A stretch of DNA of 64,000 nt from Burkholderiales bacterium (GTDB lineage: Bacteria > Pseudomonadota > Gammaproteobacteria > Burkholderiales > SG8-41). A program made the position numbers and the translations under genes. This document shows, in pieces, positions 56,790 through 64,000 of the stretch (the first letter of the stretch is position 1; each line of letters starts with the position of its first letter). The notes under the pieces are model-generated. The model was not told the origin of the DNA, did not search any database, and worked only from the letters and a program-made list of their open reading frames with translations. The DNA lies in contig JAHCAG010000009.1 of NCBI GenBank assembly GCA_019635015.1, positions 53,735 to 117,734 of the forward strand, read 5' to 3'.

Positions 56790-57591
56790 CGCCCTCGCAG
56801 CCGCACTGGAAGACGCGGCGATCCTCCAGCCGCACGGCGGTCAGGCGCCTGCCCCAGACACAACCCGAATCAAGGCCCAGCAGGTCTTGGCGCAGCGTCA
56901 GTCCCAGCGCGGCCCAGTGGCCGAACAGCACCGGGGTGTCACGGCTCGCGCGCTGCGGAATGTCGAACCACGACAGATAGCCGGCCGGCGCGCCTTCCGG
57001 CGCGGTCTTGTGGCTGAACTCCATGACGCCTTCCGGGGTGCATACCCGCAGCCGCGTCATCGCATTGACGATCACCCGCAGGCGGTCGAAGCCCGTGAGG
57101 TCGTCGCGCCACTGTGCCGGCGTGTTGCCGTACATCTGTTCCAGGAATTCGCGGTGATCCGGCCCCTGCAGTGCCGCCTCGACTTCACGCGCCAGCGCCA
57201 GCGCCCGGGCAATGCTCCACTGCGGCAGCAGGCCGGCATGCACCATCGCATAACCCTTGTCCGCATGCATCAGGCGCTGCCGGCGCAGCCAGTCGAGCAG
57301 TTCTTCGCGGTCGGGTGCGGCGAGTATCCCGTCCAGGGTGTCGCTGCGATGCGGCTTGCGCACGCCGGCGGCGACAACCAGAAGATGGAGGTCGTGGTTG
57401 CCGAGCACGCTGATCGTGCGATCGCCCAGGTCGCGCAGGAAACGCAGCACTTCCGCCGACTGCGGGCCGCGGTTGACGAGGTCGCCGACCAGCCACAGGC
57501 GGTCGCCTGCCGGGTCGAAAGCCACGGTGTCGAGCAGCCGCCGCAACTCGTCGTAACAGCCCTGGATGTCGCCGATGGCGTAGGTGCTCAT
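56764..57591 (-). CDS. apaH: symmetrical bis(5'-nucleosyl)-tetraphosphatase
   Basis: [16 protein letters not shown]...[10 protein letters not shown]...GNHD metallophosphatase motifs. Confidence 0.9.
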   Translation of the reverse strand: MSTYAIGDIQGCYDELRRLLDTVAFDPAGDRLWLVGDLVNRGPQSAEVLRFLRDLGDRTISVLGNHDLHLLVVAAGVRKPHRSDTLDGILAAPDREELLDWLRRQRLMHADKGYAMVHAGLLPQWSIARALALAREVEAALQGPDHREFLEQMYGNTPAQWRDDLTGFDRLRVIVNAMTRLRVCTPEGVMEFSHKTAPEGAPAGYLSWFDIPQRASRDTPVLFGHWAALGLTLRQDLLGLDSGCVWGRRLTAVRLEDRRVFQCGCEGVSASGDPQ

Positions 57592-57610
57592 GGGTAATGC
57601 GCGAAACAGC

Positions 57611-57643
57611 AGAAAACAAAAAAGGGCGCAGCTCGCTGCGCCC
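57611..57643 (-). terminator. rho-independent terminator after the cytochrome c gene
   Basis: On the minus strand: GGGCGCAG-CGAG-CTGCGCCC followed by TTTTTTGTTTTCT. Confidence 0.8.
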
Positions 57644-57671
57644 CTTGATTATGCATGATCGGAGTTTTTAT

Positions 57672-58217
57672 TTACTTTGCAGTGCTTACCATGTACTCGA
57701 CCGCGGCCTTGACGTCGTCATCCGACAGGGACATGTTGCCCCCTTTCGGCGGCATTGCACCCTTGCCCTTGATCGCAGCGGCCACCAGCGCGCTGTTGCC
57801 GGTTTTCAGGCGCGCGGCCCATGCGGCCTTGTCGCCGGTCTTCGGCGCCCCTGCGACGCCGGCGGTGTGGCAGGCCGCGCAGCTGGTGTCGTAGACGCTC
57901 TTGCCTTTGCCGGCATCGCCGGCCGGCGCTGCCGCCGCTGGCGCAGCCCCTGGCGCCACCGCAACAGCAACGGGCTCTGCGGGTGCCGGCGGGGGCGCAT
58001 TGGGATCGACGACAACTTCACCGGCGGGTTTCAGGCGCTTCGCCACCGCCTCTTCGGCGGCGGCGGAATCGGCAGGCCTGCTTTTTCCGCTGGTTGCAAT
58101 CTGCGCCAGCATGACGATGATCACGACGGGAAGGATGAAAGCCAGCACGACGACAATGGCCAGCTGCCTGGGCGTCTTGATCGGGGAACTGTGTTCGGGG
58201 ATGTGGTTGTCGCTCAT
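57672..58217 (-). CDS. membrane-anchored c-type cytochrome (c5-like)
   Basis: N-terminal TM anchor (LAIVVVLAFILPVVIIVMLAQI), an Ala/Pro-rich linker and the heme motif CAACH with downstream MPPKGG. Internal ATG at 58217 chosen. Confidence 0.8.
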   Translation of the reverse strand: MSDNHIPEHSSPIKTPRQLAIVVVLAFILPVVIIVMLAQIATSGKSRPADSAAAEEAVAKRLKPAGEVVVDPNAPPPAPAEPVAVAVAPGAAPAAAAPAGDAGKGKSVYDTSCAACHTAGVAGAPKTGDKAAWAARLKTGNSALVAAAIKGKGAMPPKGGNMSLSDDDVKAAVEYMVSTAK

Positions 58218-58301
58218 GGCGAGTTCCTGATTTCCGGGGGATGCAAGAAAGCGCGGATTATATCGGCATTGCCATACCCGGTAAAACCCGCCAAAGGGGC
58301 A

Positions 58302-58310
58302 TGCTAGAAT
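58302..58310 (+). promoter_or_regulatory. extended -10 promoter element TGCTAGAAT for tRNA-Arg
   Basis: TGCTAGAAT ends 12 nt upstream of the mature tRNA 5' end. Confidence 0.45.
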
Positions 58311-58322
58311 GCCGACCGCAAC

Positions 58323-58399
58323 GCGCCCGTAGCTCAGCTGGATAGAGTACTGCCCTCCGAAGGCAGGGGTCGGACGTTCGAATCGTCTCGGGCGCGCCA
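58323..58399 (+). tRNA. tRNA-Arg (anticodon CCG)
   Basis: Cloverleaf read by eye: acceptor GCGCCCG/CGGGCGC, D-arm TAGCTCAGCTGGATAGAGTA, anticodon stem CTGCC/GGCAG with loop CTCCGAA, T-arm GGACGTTCGAATCGTC, encoded CCA. Confidence 0.9.
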
Positions 58400-58432
58400 A
58401 ATTCCGTATCCCGCACGCCAGTCCATGCCGAC

Positions 58433-60055
58433 ATGCCCCTGCCCGCCGCCTGCGATGTCCTGATCGTCGGTGGCGGCCATAATGGCCTGACCTGCGCCTG
58501 TTACCTGGCCGCGGCCGGGCTCAAGGTGCGCGTGCTCGAACGCCGCAACGTGGTCGGCGGTGCCGCAGTCACCGAGGAATTCCATCCCGGATTCCGCAAT
58601 TCCACCGCGAGTTATACCGTCAGCCTGCTCAATCCGCAGGTGATCCGCGACCTGCGGCTGGCCGAACACGGCCTGCGCATAGTCGAACGGCCGATCTCGA
58701 ATTTCCTGCCGCTGTCCGATGCGGATTACCTGAAAGTCGGCGGCACGCTGGAGGCCACCCAGGCCGAAGTCGCACGGTTTTCGAAGCAGGACGCGGTGCG
58801 CCTGCCGCAGTATTACGCGATGCTCGAGCGCGTTGCCGATGTGCTGCGCGAGCTTGCGCTGGAGACGCCGCCCAACGTCGGTGGCGGCATCGGTGATTTC
58901 CTGGCGGCGCTGAAAACCGCTCGGCGATTCAAGAAACTCGACATGGCGGCGCGGCGCGACGTGCTGGACCTGTTCACGAAAAGCGCAGGCGACCTGCTCG
59001 ATGCCTGGTTCGAGTCGGCGCCGATCAAGGCAGCCTTCGGCTTCGATGCCATTGTCGGCAACTTTGCCAGTCCCTACGCCCCGGGGACGGCCTACGTTCT
59101 GCTGCATCACGTCTTCGGCGAGGTCAATGGCAAACGCGGCATCTGGGGGCATGCCGTCGGCGGCATGGGGGCCATCACCCAGGCGATGGCGGCGGAGGCG
59201 CGCGAACGCGGCGTGCAGATCGACACCCGGGCCGAGGTGGCCAGTGTCTGCGTCGATTCGCGCGGCGCCCAGGGTGTGCAGCTGAAGGACGGCCGGGTGA
59301 TCGAGGCACGCTGTGTCGTCGCCAACGTCAATCCGAAACTGCTCTACCTGAAACTGGTCGATGCCCCGGCACTGGATGCGGAGTTCCTGCAGCGCATCCG
59401 CGGCTGGAAATGCGGCTCGGGCACTTTCCGCATGAATGTCGCCCTCAGCGAACTGCCGGATTTCACATGTCTGCCCGGCACGGTTCCGGCGCTGCATCAC
59501 CAGTCGGGCATCATCATGGCACCATCGCTGCAGTACATGGAGCAGGCCTATTTCGATGCGCGGACCTACGGCTGTTCGCGTGCCCCGGTGGTCGAGATGC
59601 TTATCCCGTCGACGGTCGATGGCTCGCTGGCGCCGGCGGGCCGGCATGTCGCCAGCCTGTTCTGCCAGCATTTCAGCCCCGAGTTGCCGAACGGCCTGTC
59701 CTGGGACGACATCCGTGAGGATGCTGCCGACCACATCATCGACACCGTGACCCGTTACGCACCCAACTTCAAGGCGGCGGTGATCGCTCGAAAAATATTC
59801 TCGCCGCTCGACCTCGAGCGCGAGTTCGGCTTGACCGGCGGCGACATATTCCACGGTGCGCTGACGCTGGACCAGTTGTGGACCGCACGGCCGGTGCTCG
59901 GCCATGCCGACTACCGCTCACCGGTGCGCCGGCTCTATCTCTGCGGTGCCGGCGCCCATCCCGGCGGTGGCGTCACCGGCCTGCCGGGCCGCAACGCCGC
60001 GCGCGAAATCGTCCGCGACTTCAGGCGCGGCCTGTTCAAGGAGAACAAAGCATGA
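58433..60055 (+). CDS. phytoene-desaturase-family NAD(P)/FAD-dependent oxidoreductase
   Basis: DVLIVGGGHNGLTCACYLAAAGLKVRVLERRNVVGGA dinucleotide-binding motif; C-terminal LYLCGAGAHPGGGVTG. Confidence 0.8.
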   Translation: MPLPAACDVLIVGGGHNGLTCACYLAAAGLKVRVLERRNVVGGAAVTEEFHPGFRNSTASYTVSLLNPQVIRDLRLAEHGLRIVERPISNFLPLSDADYLKVGGTLEATQAEVARFSKQDAVRLPQYYAMLERVADVLRELALETPPNVGGGIGDFLAALKTARRFKKLDMAARRDVLDLFTKSAGDLLDAWFESAPIKAAFGFDAIVGNFASPYAPGTAYVLLHHVFGEVNGKRGIWGHAVGGMGAITQAMAAEARERGVQIDTRAEVASVCVDSRGAQGVQLKDGRVIEARCVVANVNPKLLYLKLVDAPALDAEFLQRIRGWKCGSGTFRMNVALSELPDFTCLPGTVPALHHQSGIIMAPSLQYMEQAYFDARTYGCSRAPVVEMLIPSTVDGSLAPAGRHVASLFCQHFSPELPNGLSWDDIREDAADHIIDTVTRYAPNFKAAVIARKIFSPLDLEREFGLTGGDIFHGALTLDQLWTARPVLGHADYRSPVRRLYLCGAGAHPGGGVTGLPGRNAAREIVRDFRRGLFKENKA

Positions 60056-60660
60056 TGCGTAGCCTGTGGCTGGCAGTGATGGCGGCAGTATTGCTGGCGG
60101 GATGCGGCAGTGATGTGCCGCGCATCGGCAAAATCGGCGCGGGGGATGTCATCCTCGCTTTCGGCGACAGCCTGACCCACGGTACTGGCGCGAAGGCGGA
60201 AGAGAGTTATCCGGCGGTGCTCGGCCAGCTGATCGGCCGCACCGTGATCCGCGCCGGCGTGCCCGGCGAACAGACCGCGGGCGGCCTGGCGCGCCTGCCG
60301 GAAGTGCTCGATGAACACCGGCCGAAACTGGTGATCGTCTGCCTCGGCGGCAATGACATGCTGCGCAAGGGCACGCCGGCCAACATCGAGGCCAACCTGC
60401 GTGAAATCCTGAAGACCATCAAGTCGCGCGGCCTCGACGCTCTGCTGATCGGCGTGCCGGCGCCGGCGGTGATCACCCGGCCGCCGGATTTCTATTCGAG
60501 GCTGGCGAAGGAGTTCGGCATCCCCTACGAGGGCGACATCGTCACCCGCGTGCTCTACAAGTCCGACCTGAAATCCGACCCCATCCATCCCAATGCCGCG
60601 GGTTATCGCAAGATGGCCGAGGCGATCGCCGGACTGTTGCGCGACGCCGGGGCCCTCTGA
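60052..60660 (+). CDS. SGNH/GDSL-family arylesterase/lipase lipoprotein (TesA-like)
   Basis: Lipobox LLAGC, GDSL block VILAFGDSLTHG, plus GGNDML and DPIHPN blocks. ATGA overlap with the upstream gene. Confidence 0.85.
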   Translation: MMRSLWLAVMAAVLLAGCGSDVPRIGKIGAGDVILAFGDSLTHGTGAKAEESYPAVLGQLIGRTVIRAGVPGEQTAGGLARLPEVLDEHRPKLVIVCLGGNDMLRKGTPANIEANLREILKTIKSRGLDALLIGVPAPAVITRPPDFYSRLAKEFGIPYEGDIVTRVLYKSDLKSDPIHPNAAGYRKMAEAIAGLLRDAGAL

Positions 60661-60673
60661 GCGCGGCTGAAGC

Positions 60674-61891
60674 ATGACTGCAGGAAAACATTCGGCGCGC
60701 CGGCTCACCGCCACAATGTGCGGCGCCGAAGTGCTGTCGATGACCGGCTTCGCCGCCTACACCACGCTGCTGCCCCAGCTGCAGCGCGAATGGGGATTGT
60801 CGAACTCCGAGGCCGGCGCGATCAGCGGTTTCCTGTTCGCGGGCTACATGCTGTCGGTGCCTGTGCTGACCAGCCTCACCGACCGCATGGATTCGCGGCG
60901 CATCTATCTCGCCGCCTGCCTCATCGGCAGCCTCGGTGCGGCATTCTTTGCGTTTTTCGGCGCAGGATTCTGGAGCGCGGCCTTCGCCCAGTTCCTGATC
61001 GGCGCTGCGCTCGGCGGAACCTACATGCCGGGGCTGAAGGCGCTGACCGACCACCTCGAGGGCGCGGCGCAGTCACGCGCCACTGCGTTTTACACCGCAA
61101 GTTTCGGCGTCGGCTCGACGATCTCGATCCTCGTCGCCGGCAAGATCGGCGCCACCATCGACTGGCACTGGGCGTTCTGGTTCGGCGCGATCGGTCCGGT
61201 GCTGGCGGGACTGCTGGTCATGTTTGCAATGCCGCCGGGCCGCATGCGCGCGGCGGAACAGCATGCCACCGCGCTGCTTGATTTCCGTCCGGTGCTGAAG
61301 AACCGGAAAACCCTGCCGTACATCATCGGTTATGCCGCGCACAACTACGAACTCTTCGGCCAGCGCTCGTGGATGGTTGCCTTCCTCGTGTTCTGCGCGG
61401 CACTGCAGCCCGAGCATGCGCCGATGGCGCTGAGCGCGGCGACACTGGCGGCGATGATCAACGTGCTGGGGCCGGTGTTCAGCGTCACCGGCAACGAGAT
61501 GGCGATCCGCTTCGGCCGCCAGCGCATCATTTTCCTGTTCATGACCCTGTCCGGGGCGATTGCCTGCCTGATCGGGTTCAGCGCAGCCTGGCCCTGGTAC
61601 ATCGTGGTCATGCTGATGATGGTGCACTACGGTGCGATGCTTGGTGATTCCGGCGCGCTGACTTCAGGCGCAGTCGCCAGCACGCCGCCGGAAATGCGCG
61701 GCGCGATGATGGCGGTTTATTCCTTCCTGGGTTTCAGCACCGCCTTCCTCGCGCCGCTGGTGTTCGGCCTGACGCTGGATCTGGCCGGCGGGAACCAGAG
61801 TGTCACGGCCTGGGGGCTGGCCTTTGCCAGCATCGGCATCTTCGGTCTGCTGTCGCCGCTGGCGCGCTGGTGGTATTTGCGTAGAGCATAA
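60674..61891 (+). CDS. MFS transporter
   Basis: About 12 predicted hydrophobic segments and the LTDRMDSRRIY loop motif between TM2 and TM3. Confidence 0.8.
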   Translation: MTAGKHSARRLTATMCGAEVLSMTGFAAYTTLLPQLQREWGLSNSEAGAISGFLFAGYMLSVPVLTSLTDRMDSRRIYLAACLIGSLGAAFFAFFGAGFWSAAFAQFLIGAALGGTYMPGLKALTDHLEGAAQSRATAFYTASFGVGSTISILVAGKIGATIDWHWAFWFGAIGPVLAGLLVMFAMPPGRMRAAEQHATALLDFRPVLKNRKTLPYIIGYAAHNYELFGQRSWMVAFLVFCAALQPEHAPMALSAATLAAMINVLGPVFSVTGNEMAIRFGRQRIIFLFMTLSGAIACLIGFSAAWPWYIVVMLMMVHYGAMLGDSGALTSGAVASTPPEMRGAMMAVYSFLGFSTAFLAPLVFGLTLDLAGGNQSVTAWGLAFASIGIFGLLSPLARWWYLRRA

Positions 61892-61923
61892 AAATACCAA
61901 TAAAAACAAATACTTAAATAATT
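61888..61923 (+). repeat. AT-rich IHF-consensus-like module, copy 8
   Basis: ATAAAAATACCAATAAAAACAAATACTTAAATAATT differs from copy 2 at only 2 of the central 26 positions. The core AAACAAATACTTA has one mismatch. Contains the TAA stop of the MFS gene. Confidence 0.6.
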
Positions 61924-61963
61924 CCCGGATTGAGTCCGGGACAATGCGGAGTGCGCCGCTTCC

Positions 61964-62521
61964 TTATCGCTGTCCGGTATAGAACTCCGGCCAGCGCTCC
62001 AGCACCGCCGGCGCGTCGTCCTTGTAGATGTGGCAGGAGTTGATCTGGTAGGGCTTTTTGCCGGTGGCGGGTTTGCTGGCGTTATGTGCTTCACGCGCGC
62101 GCCCCGTGGCCTGGTAGGCGGTGGTGCCGAGCGGGCCCAGCAGTTCGACCAGGTGTGTGCAGCCGAGCACGCCGCCGACGCGTTCGGCAATCGCCTTGCG
62201 CCAGCCGGGGCCGATGGTGAGGCCGACCAGTTTCCTGAAATTCACCGTGATGTTGCCGCAGTTTTCGTACGGACCCGTATCAGTGACGGCTTCGACATCA
62301 TGGATTTTCAGGTCGAGATCGATGGTCAGCCGCAGCCACATGTTGTGCACCGGATCACCGGGCTGGCGCTCGCGGCCGCCATCGCGGCGTGAATGGACAT
62401 AGGTCTTGGTGTCGACGAGGTGGCCCTCGATGTCCCACAGGCCGTCTTCGCGTTCATAACCTTTGCATTCGACGGTGCGCGTGTGTTTGAGGGTGCGCGG
62501 GGCGGGGGCGGGCAACGGCAT
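61964..62521 (-). CDS. DUF2889 domain-containing protein
   Basis: Pattern RTVECKGYEREDGLWDIEGHLVDTK...VLGCTHLVELL matches what I remember of DUF2889. Function unknown. Confidence 0.55.
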   Translation of the reverse strand: MPLPAPAPRTLKHTRTVECKGYEREDGLWDIEGHLVDTKTYVHSRRDGGRERQPGDPVHNMWLRLTIDLDLKIHDVEAVTDTGPYENCGNITVNFRKLVGLTIGPGWRKAIAERVGGVLGCTHLVELLGPLGTTAYQATGRAREAHNASKPATGKKPYQINSCHIYKDDAPAVLERWPEFYTGQR

Positions 62522-62539
62522 AAAGCGGACTCCGATGGT

Positions 62540-62743
62540 TCAGTTGATGATGGAACGGCTTGCACGGCGGTCTTCGAGGCGCGCCAGCAGCTTGAGTTTC
62601 TGTTCCCGGGTGTAGCGATGCCAGTCGCTGATTTCCCGCAGCGTGCGCCAGCAGCCGACGCAGAAATCGTGATCCGGTTCGATCATGCAGATGCGCACGC
62701 AGGGCGATTCCACGTCCTGCGTCCCGTCGCCTGGCGCGGTCAT
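62540..62743 (-). CDS. DUF1289 domain-containing small Cys-rich protein (67 aa)
   Basis: SPCVRICMIEPDHDFCVGCWRTLREISDW is the DUF1289 (YdhL-like) signature. The ATG overlaps the stop of the HMG-CoA lyase gene (ATGA). Confidence 0.7.
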   Translation of the reverse strand: MTAPGDGTQDVESPCVRICMIEPDHDFCVGCWRTLREISDWHRYTREQKLKLLARLEDRRASRSIIN

Positions 62744-63645
62744 GCCGCCCTGGCGCGGATCGCGCGCGCGACGCGGGACAGCGTCGGGCGGCCGAGCACG
62801 CCGCAGATGTAGTCGCCGGCGGCGATCAGCTTCGTCATGTCGACCCCGGTTTCGATGCCGAGGCCGTCGAGCAGGTAGAGCACGTCTTCGGTCGCGACAT
62901 TGCCGGTGGCGCCCCTGGCGTAGGGACAGCCGCCGAGCCCGGACACCGAGCTGTCGAAGGTGGCCACGCCGCATTCGAGCGCGGCGTAGATGTTGGTCAG
63001 CGCCTGGCCATAGGTGTCGTGGAAGTGCCCGGCGATGCGCTCGACCGGAATGTGTTTCGCCACCGCTTCGATGACCGTGCGGGTCTTGCCGGCGGTGCCG
63101 GTGCCGATGGTGTCGCAGACGGTGATCTCGTAGCAACCCATCGCATCGAGCCCTTTCGCCACGTGCACCACCGCGGCGGGATCGACTTCGCCCTCGTAGG
63201 GGCAGCCGAGGCAGACCGAAATGTCGCCGCGCACGCGGATGCCTTTCGCGATGGCCGCCTGCGCGACCTCTTCGAAGCGCGCCAGGCCCTCGTCGATCGT
63301 GCAATTGGTGTTGCGCTTCGAGAAACTTTCGGTGGCGGCGCCGAACACCACGACTTCCTCCGCGCCGGCGGCGATCGCGGCGTCCAGCCCTTTCATGTTC
63401 GGCACCAGCACCGGGTAGATCACGCCGGGCTTGCGGTGGATGCCGGCCATCACCTCGGCGTTGTCCGCCATCTGCGGCACCCATTTCGGCGACACGAAGG
63501 CGGTGGCCTCGATCAGCGTCAGGCCGGCGTCCTGCAGCCGGTGGATCAGTTCGATCTTGGATGCGGTCGGCACCGGCGCGGCTTCGTTCTGCAACCCGTC
63601 GCGCGGACCGACCTCGAACAGGCGGACTTTTTTCGGCAAGGCCAT
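62740..63645 (-). CDS. hydroxymethylglutaryl-CoA lyase
   Basis: VRLFEVGPRDGLQNE N-terminal motif, HFHDTYGQALTN and GLGGCPYA motifs of the HMGL family. Confidence 0.9.
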   Translation of the reverse strand: MALPKKVRLFEVGPRDGLQNEAAPVPTASKIELIHRLQDAGLTLIEATAFVSPKWVPQMADNAEVMAGIHRKPGVIYPVLVPNMKGLDAAIAAGAEEVVVFGAATESFSKRNTNCTIDEGLARFEEVAQAAIAKGIRVRGDISVCLGCPYEGEVDPAAVVHVAKGLDAMGCYEITVCDTIGTGTAGKTRTVIEAVAKHIPVERIAGHFHDTYGQALTNIYAALECGVATFDSSVSGLGGCPYARGATGNVATEDVLYLLDGLGIETGVDMTKLIAAGDYICGVLGRPTLSRVARAIRARAA

Positions 63646-63673
63646 GGCAGTGATCTCCGGCAGCGGATCCGGG

Positions 63674-64000
63674 CTAGCGTTTTTTCGCGGACTTCTTCGC
63701 CGCGGTCCCTGCCTTCGGCGCTTCGGTCCATTTCGGTTTGCGTTTTTCGAGGAAGGCGCCGAGGCCCTCCTGCGCCTCGGGCGTCGCGCGGATCTCGGCG
63801 ATGCCCTCGGCGGTTTTCCTGACGATGTCCGGGCCGATAAGGCTGTGTGCGCTCAGCGGAATCATGCGCTTGACCGCCTGCATCGCCTTCGGACCGCTGC
63901 TGTAGAGCTGGCCAAGCATTTCCCCGACACGTGTCACCAGATGCTCCTCCTCGACAAGGTCGTGCACCAGGCCGATGCGCCAGGCTTCGGCGCAGTCGAA
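63674..64000 (-). CDS. enoyl-CoA hydratase family protein, C-terminal part (methylglutaconyl-CoA hydratase-like); gene continues beyond the right edge
   Basis: ...FDCAEAWRIGLVHDLV...EGLGAFLEKRKPKW crotonase C-terminus with a Lys-rich tail. Lies upstream of the HMG-CoA lyase gene, as in leucine/isovalerate (liu) clusters. Confidence 0.75.
   Translation of the reverse strand, partial: FDCAEAWRIGLVHDLVEEEHLVTRVGEMLGQLYSSGPKAMQAVKRMIPLSAHSLIGPDIVRKTAEGIAEIRATPEAQEGLGAFLEKRKPKWTEAPKAGTAAKKSAKKR

Noticed and set aside
57880-58060. Repetitive GC-rich tract (gccgc/ggcgc-type repeats) that at first glance resembles a short tandem array.
   Set aside because: It is in frame within the cytochrome c gene and encodes its Ala/Pro-rich linker (PAPAEPVAVAVAPGAAPAAAAPAG). 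There is no regular repeat-spacer periodicity, so it is not a CRISPR or VNTR array.
58323-61891. Possible genomic island integrated at tRNA-Arg (tRNA followed by oxidoreductase, esterase and MFS genes).
   Set aside because: No integrase, no obvious direct repeat of the tRNA 3' end downstream, and no visible shift in GC content. The genes look like ordinary chromosomal cargo.
1-64000. Search for defence systems, toxin-antitoxin pairs, CRISPR arrays, prophage or IS elements as the 'undescribed system'.
   Set aside because: No nuclease/helicase/ATPase defence-type domains, no repeat-spacer arrays, and no transposase, integrase or phage structural genes are recognisable in any frame. The window reads as core chromosome, so the findings are limited to regulatory, repeat and metabolic-context observations.

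Overview
High-GC (~65%) chromosomal segment, most likely from a betaproteobacterium. The evidence is three Bug/TctC-type solute-binding proteins, argH-algZ-algR-hemCDXY synteny, and hemA-prfA-prmC, aroQ-accB-accC-prmA and cutA-dsbD blocks. The window is densely coding: about 68 CDS, one tRNA-Arg(CCG), and no rRNA, CRISPR array, transposase, integrase or recognisable defence genes. Most of it is housekeeping (heme, fatty-acid initiation, translation termination, envelope redox, lipid remodelling). I see no single obvious novel system; these are the parts that deserve a second look. (1) A diverged ~26-30 bp AT-rich module occurs at least 8 times, always at gene boundaries or gene 5' ends. It carries an IHF-consensus-like core (WATCAANNNNTTR) behind an A/T tract. 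(2) A LacI-controlled organosulfonate-type locus has xsc divergent from a ~1000-aa FAD/Fe-S dehydrogenase that is co-transcribed with a TauE sulfite exporter. A perfect LacI-type palindromic operator lies between them. (3) An IclR-associated minus-strand locus resembles P. aeruginosa-type itaconate/C5-dicarboxylate catabolism (two family III CoA-transferases, a MaoC-type hydratase, a CitE-type lyase). It also contains an intradiol dioxygenase and three Bug proteins but no TctAB. (4) A candidate operon encodes a signal-peptide SAM methyltransferase, a 3-hydroxyacyl-CoA dehydrogenase and an 1143-aa DUF748/AsmA-like protein. (5) A 185-bp MITE-like inverted-repeat element sits in a 630-bp gap. A 56-aa rubredoxin missing from the ORF track was found by hand. 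All calls rest on reading the translations and sequence by eye; no searches were run.
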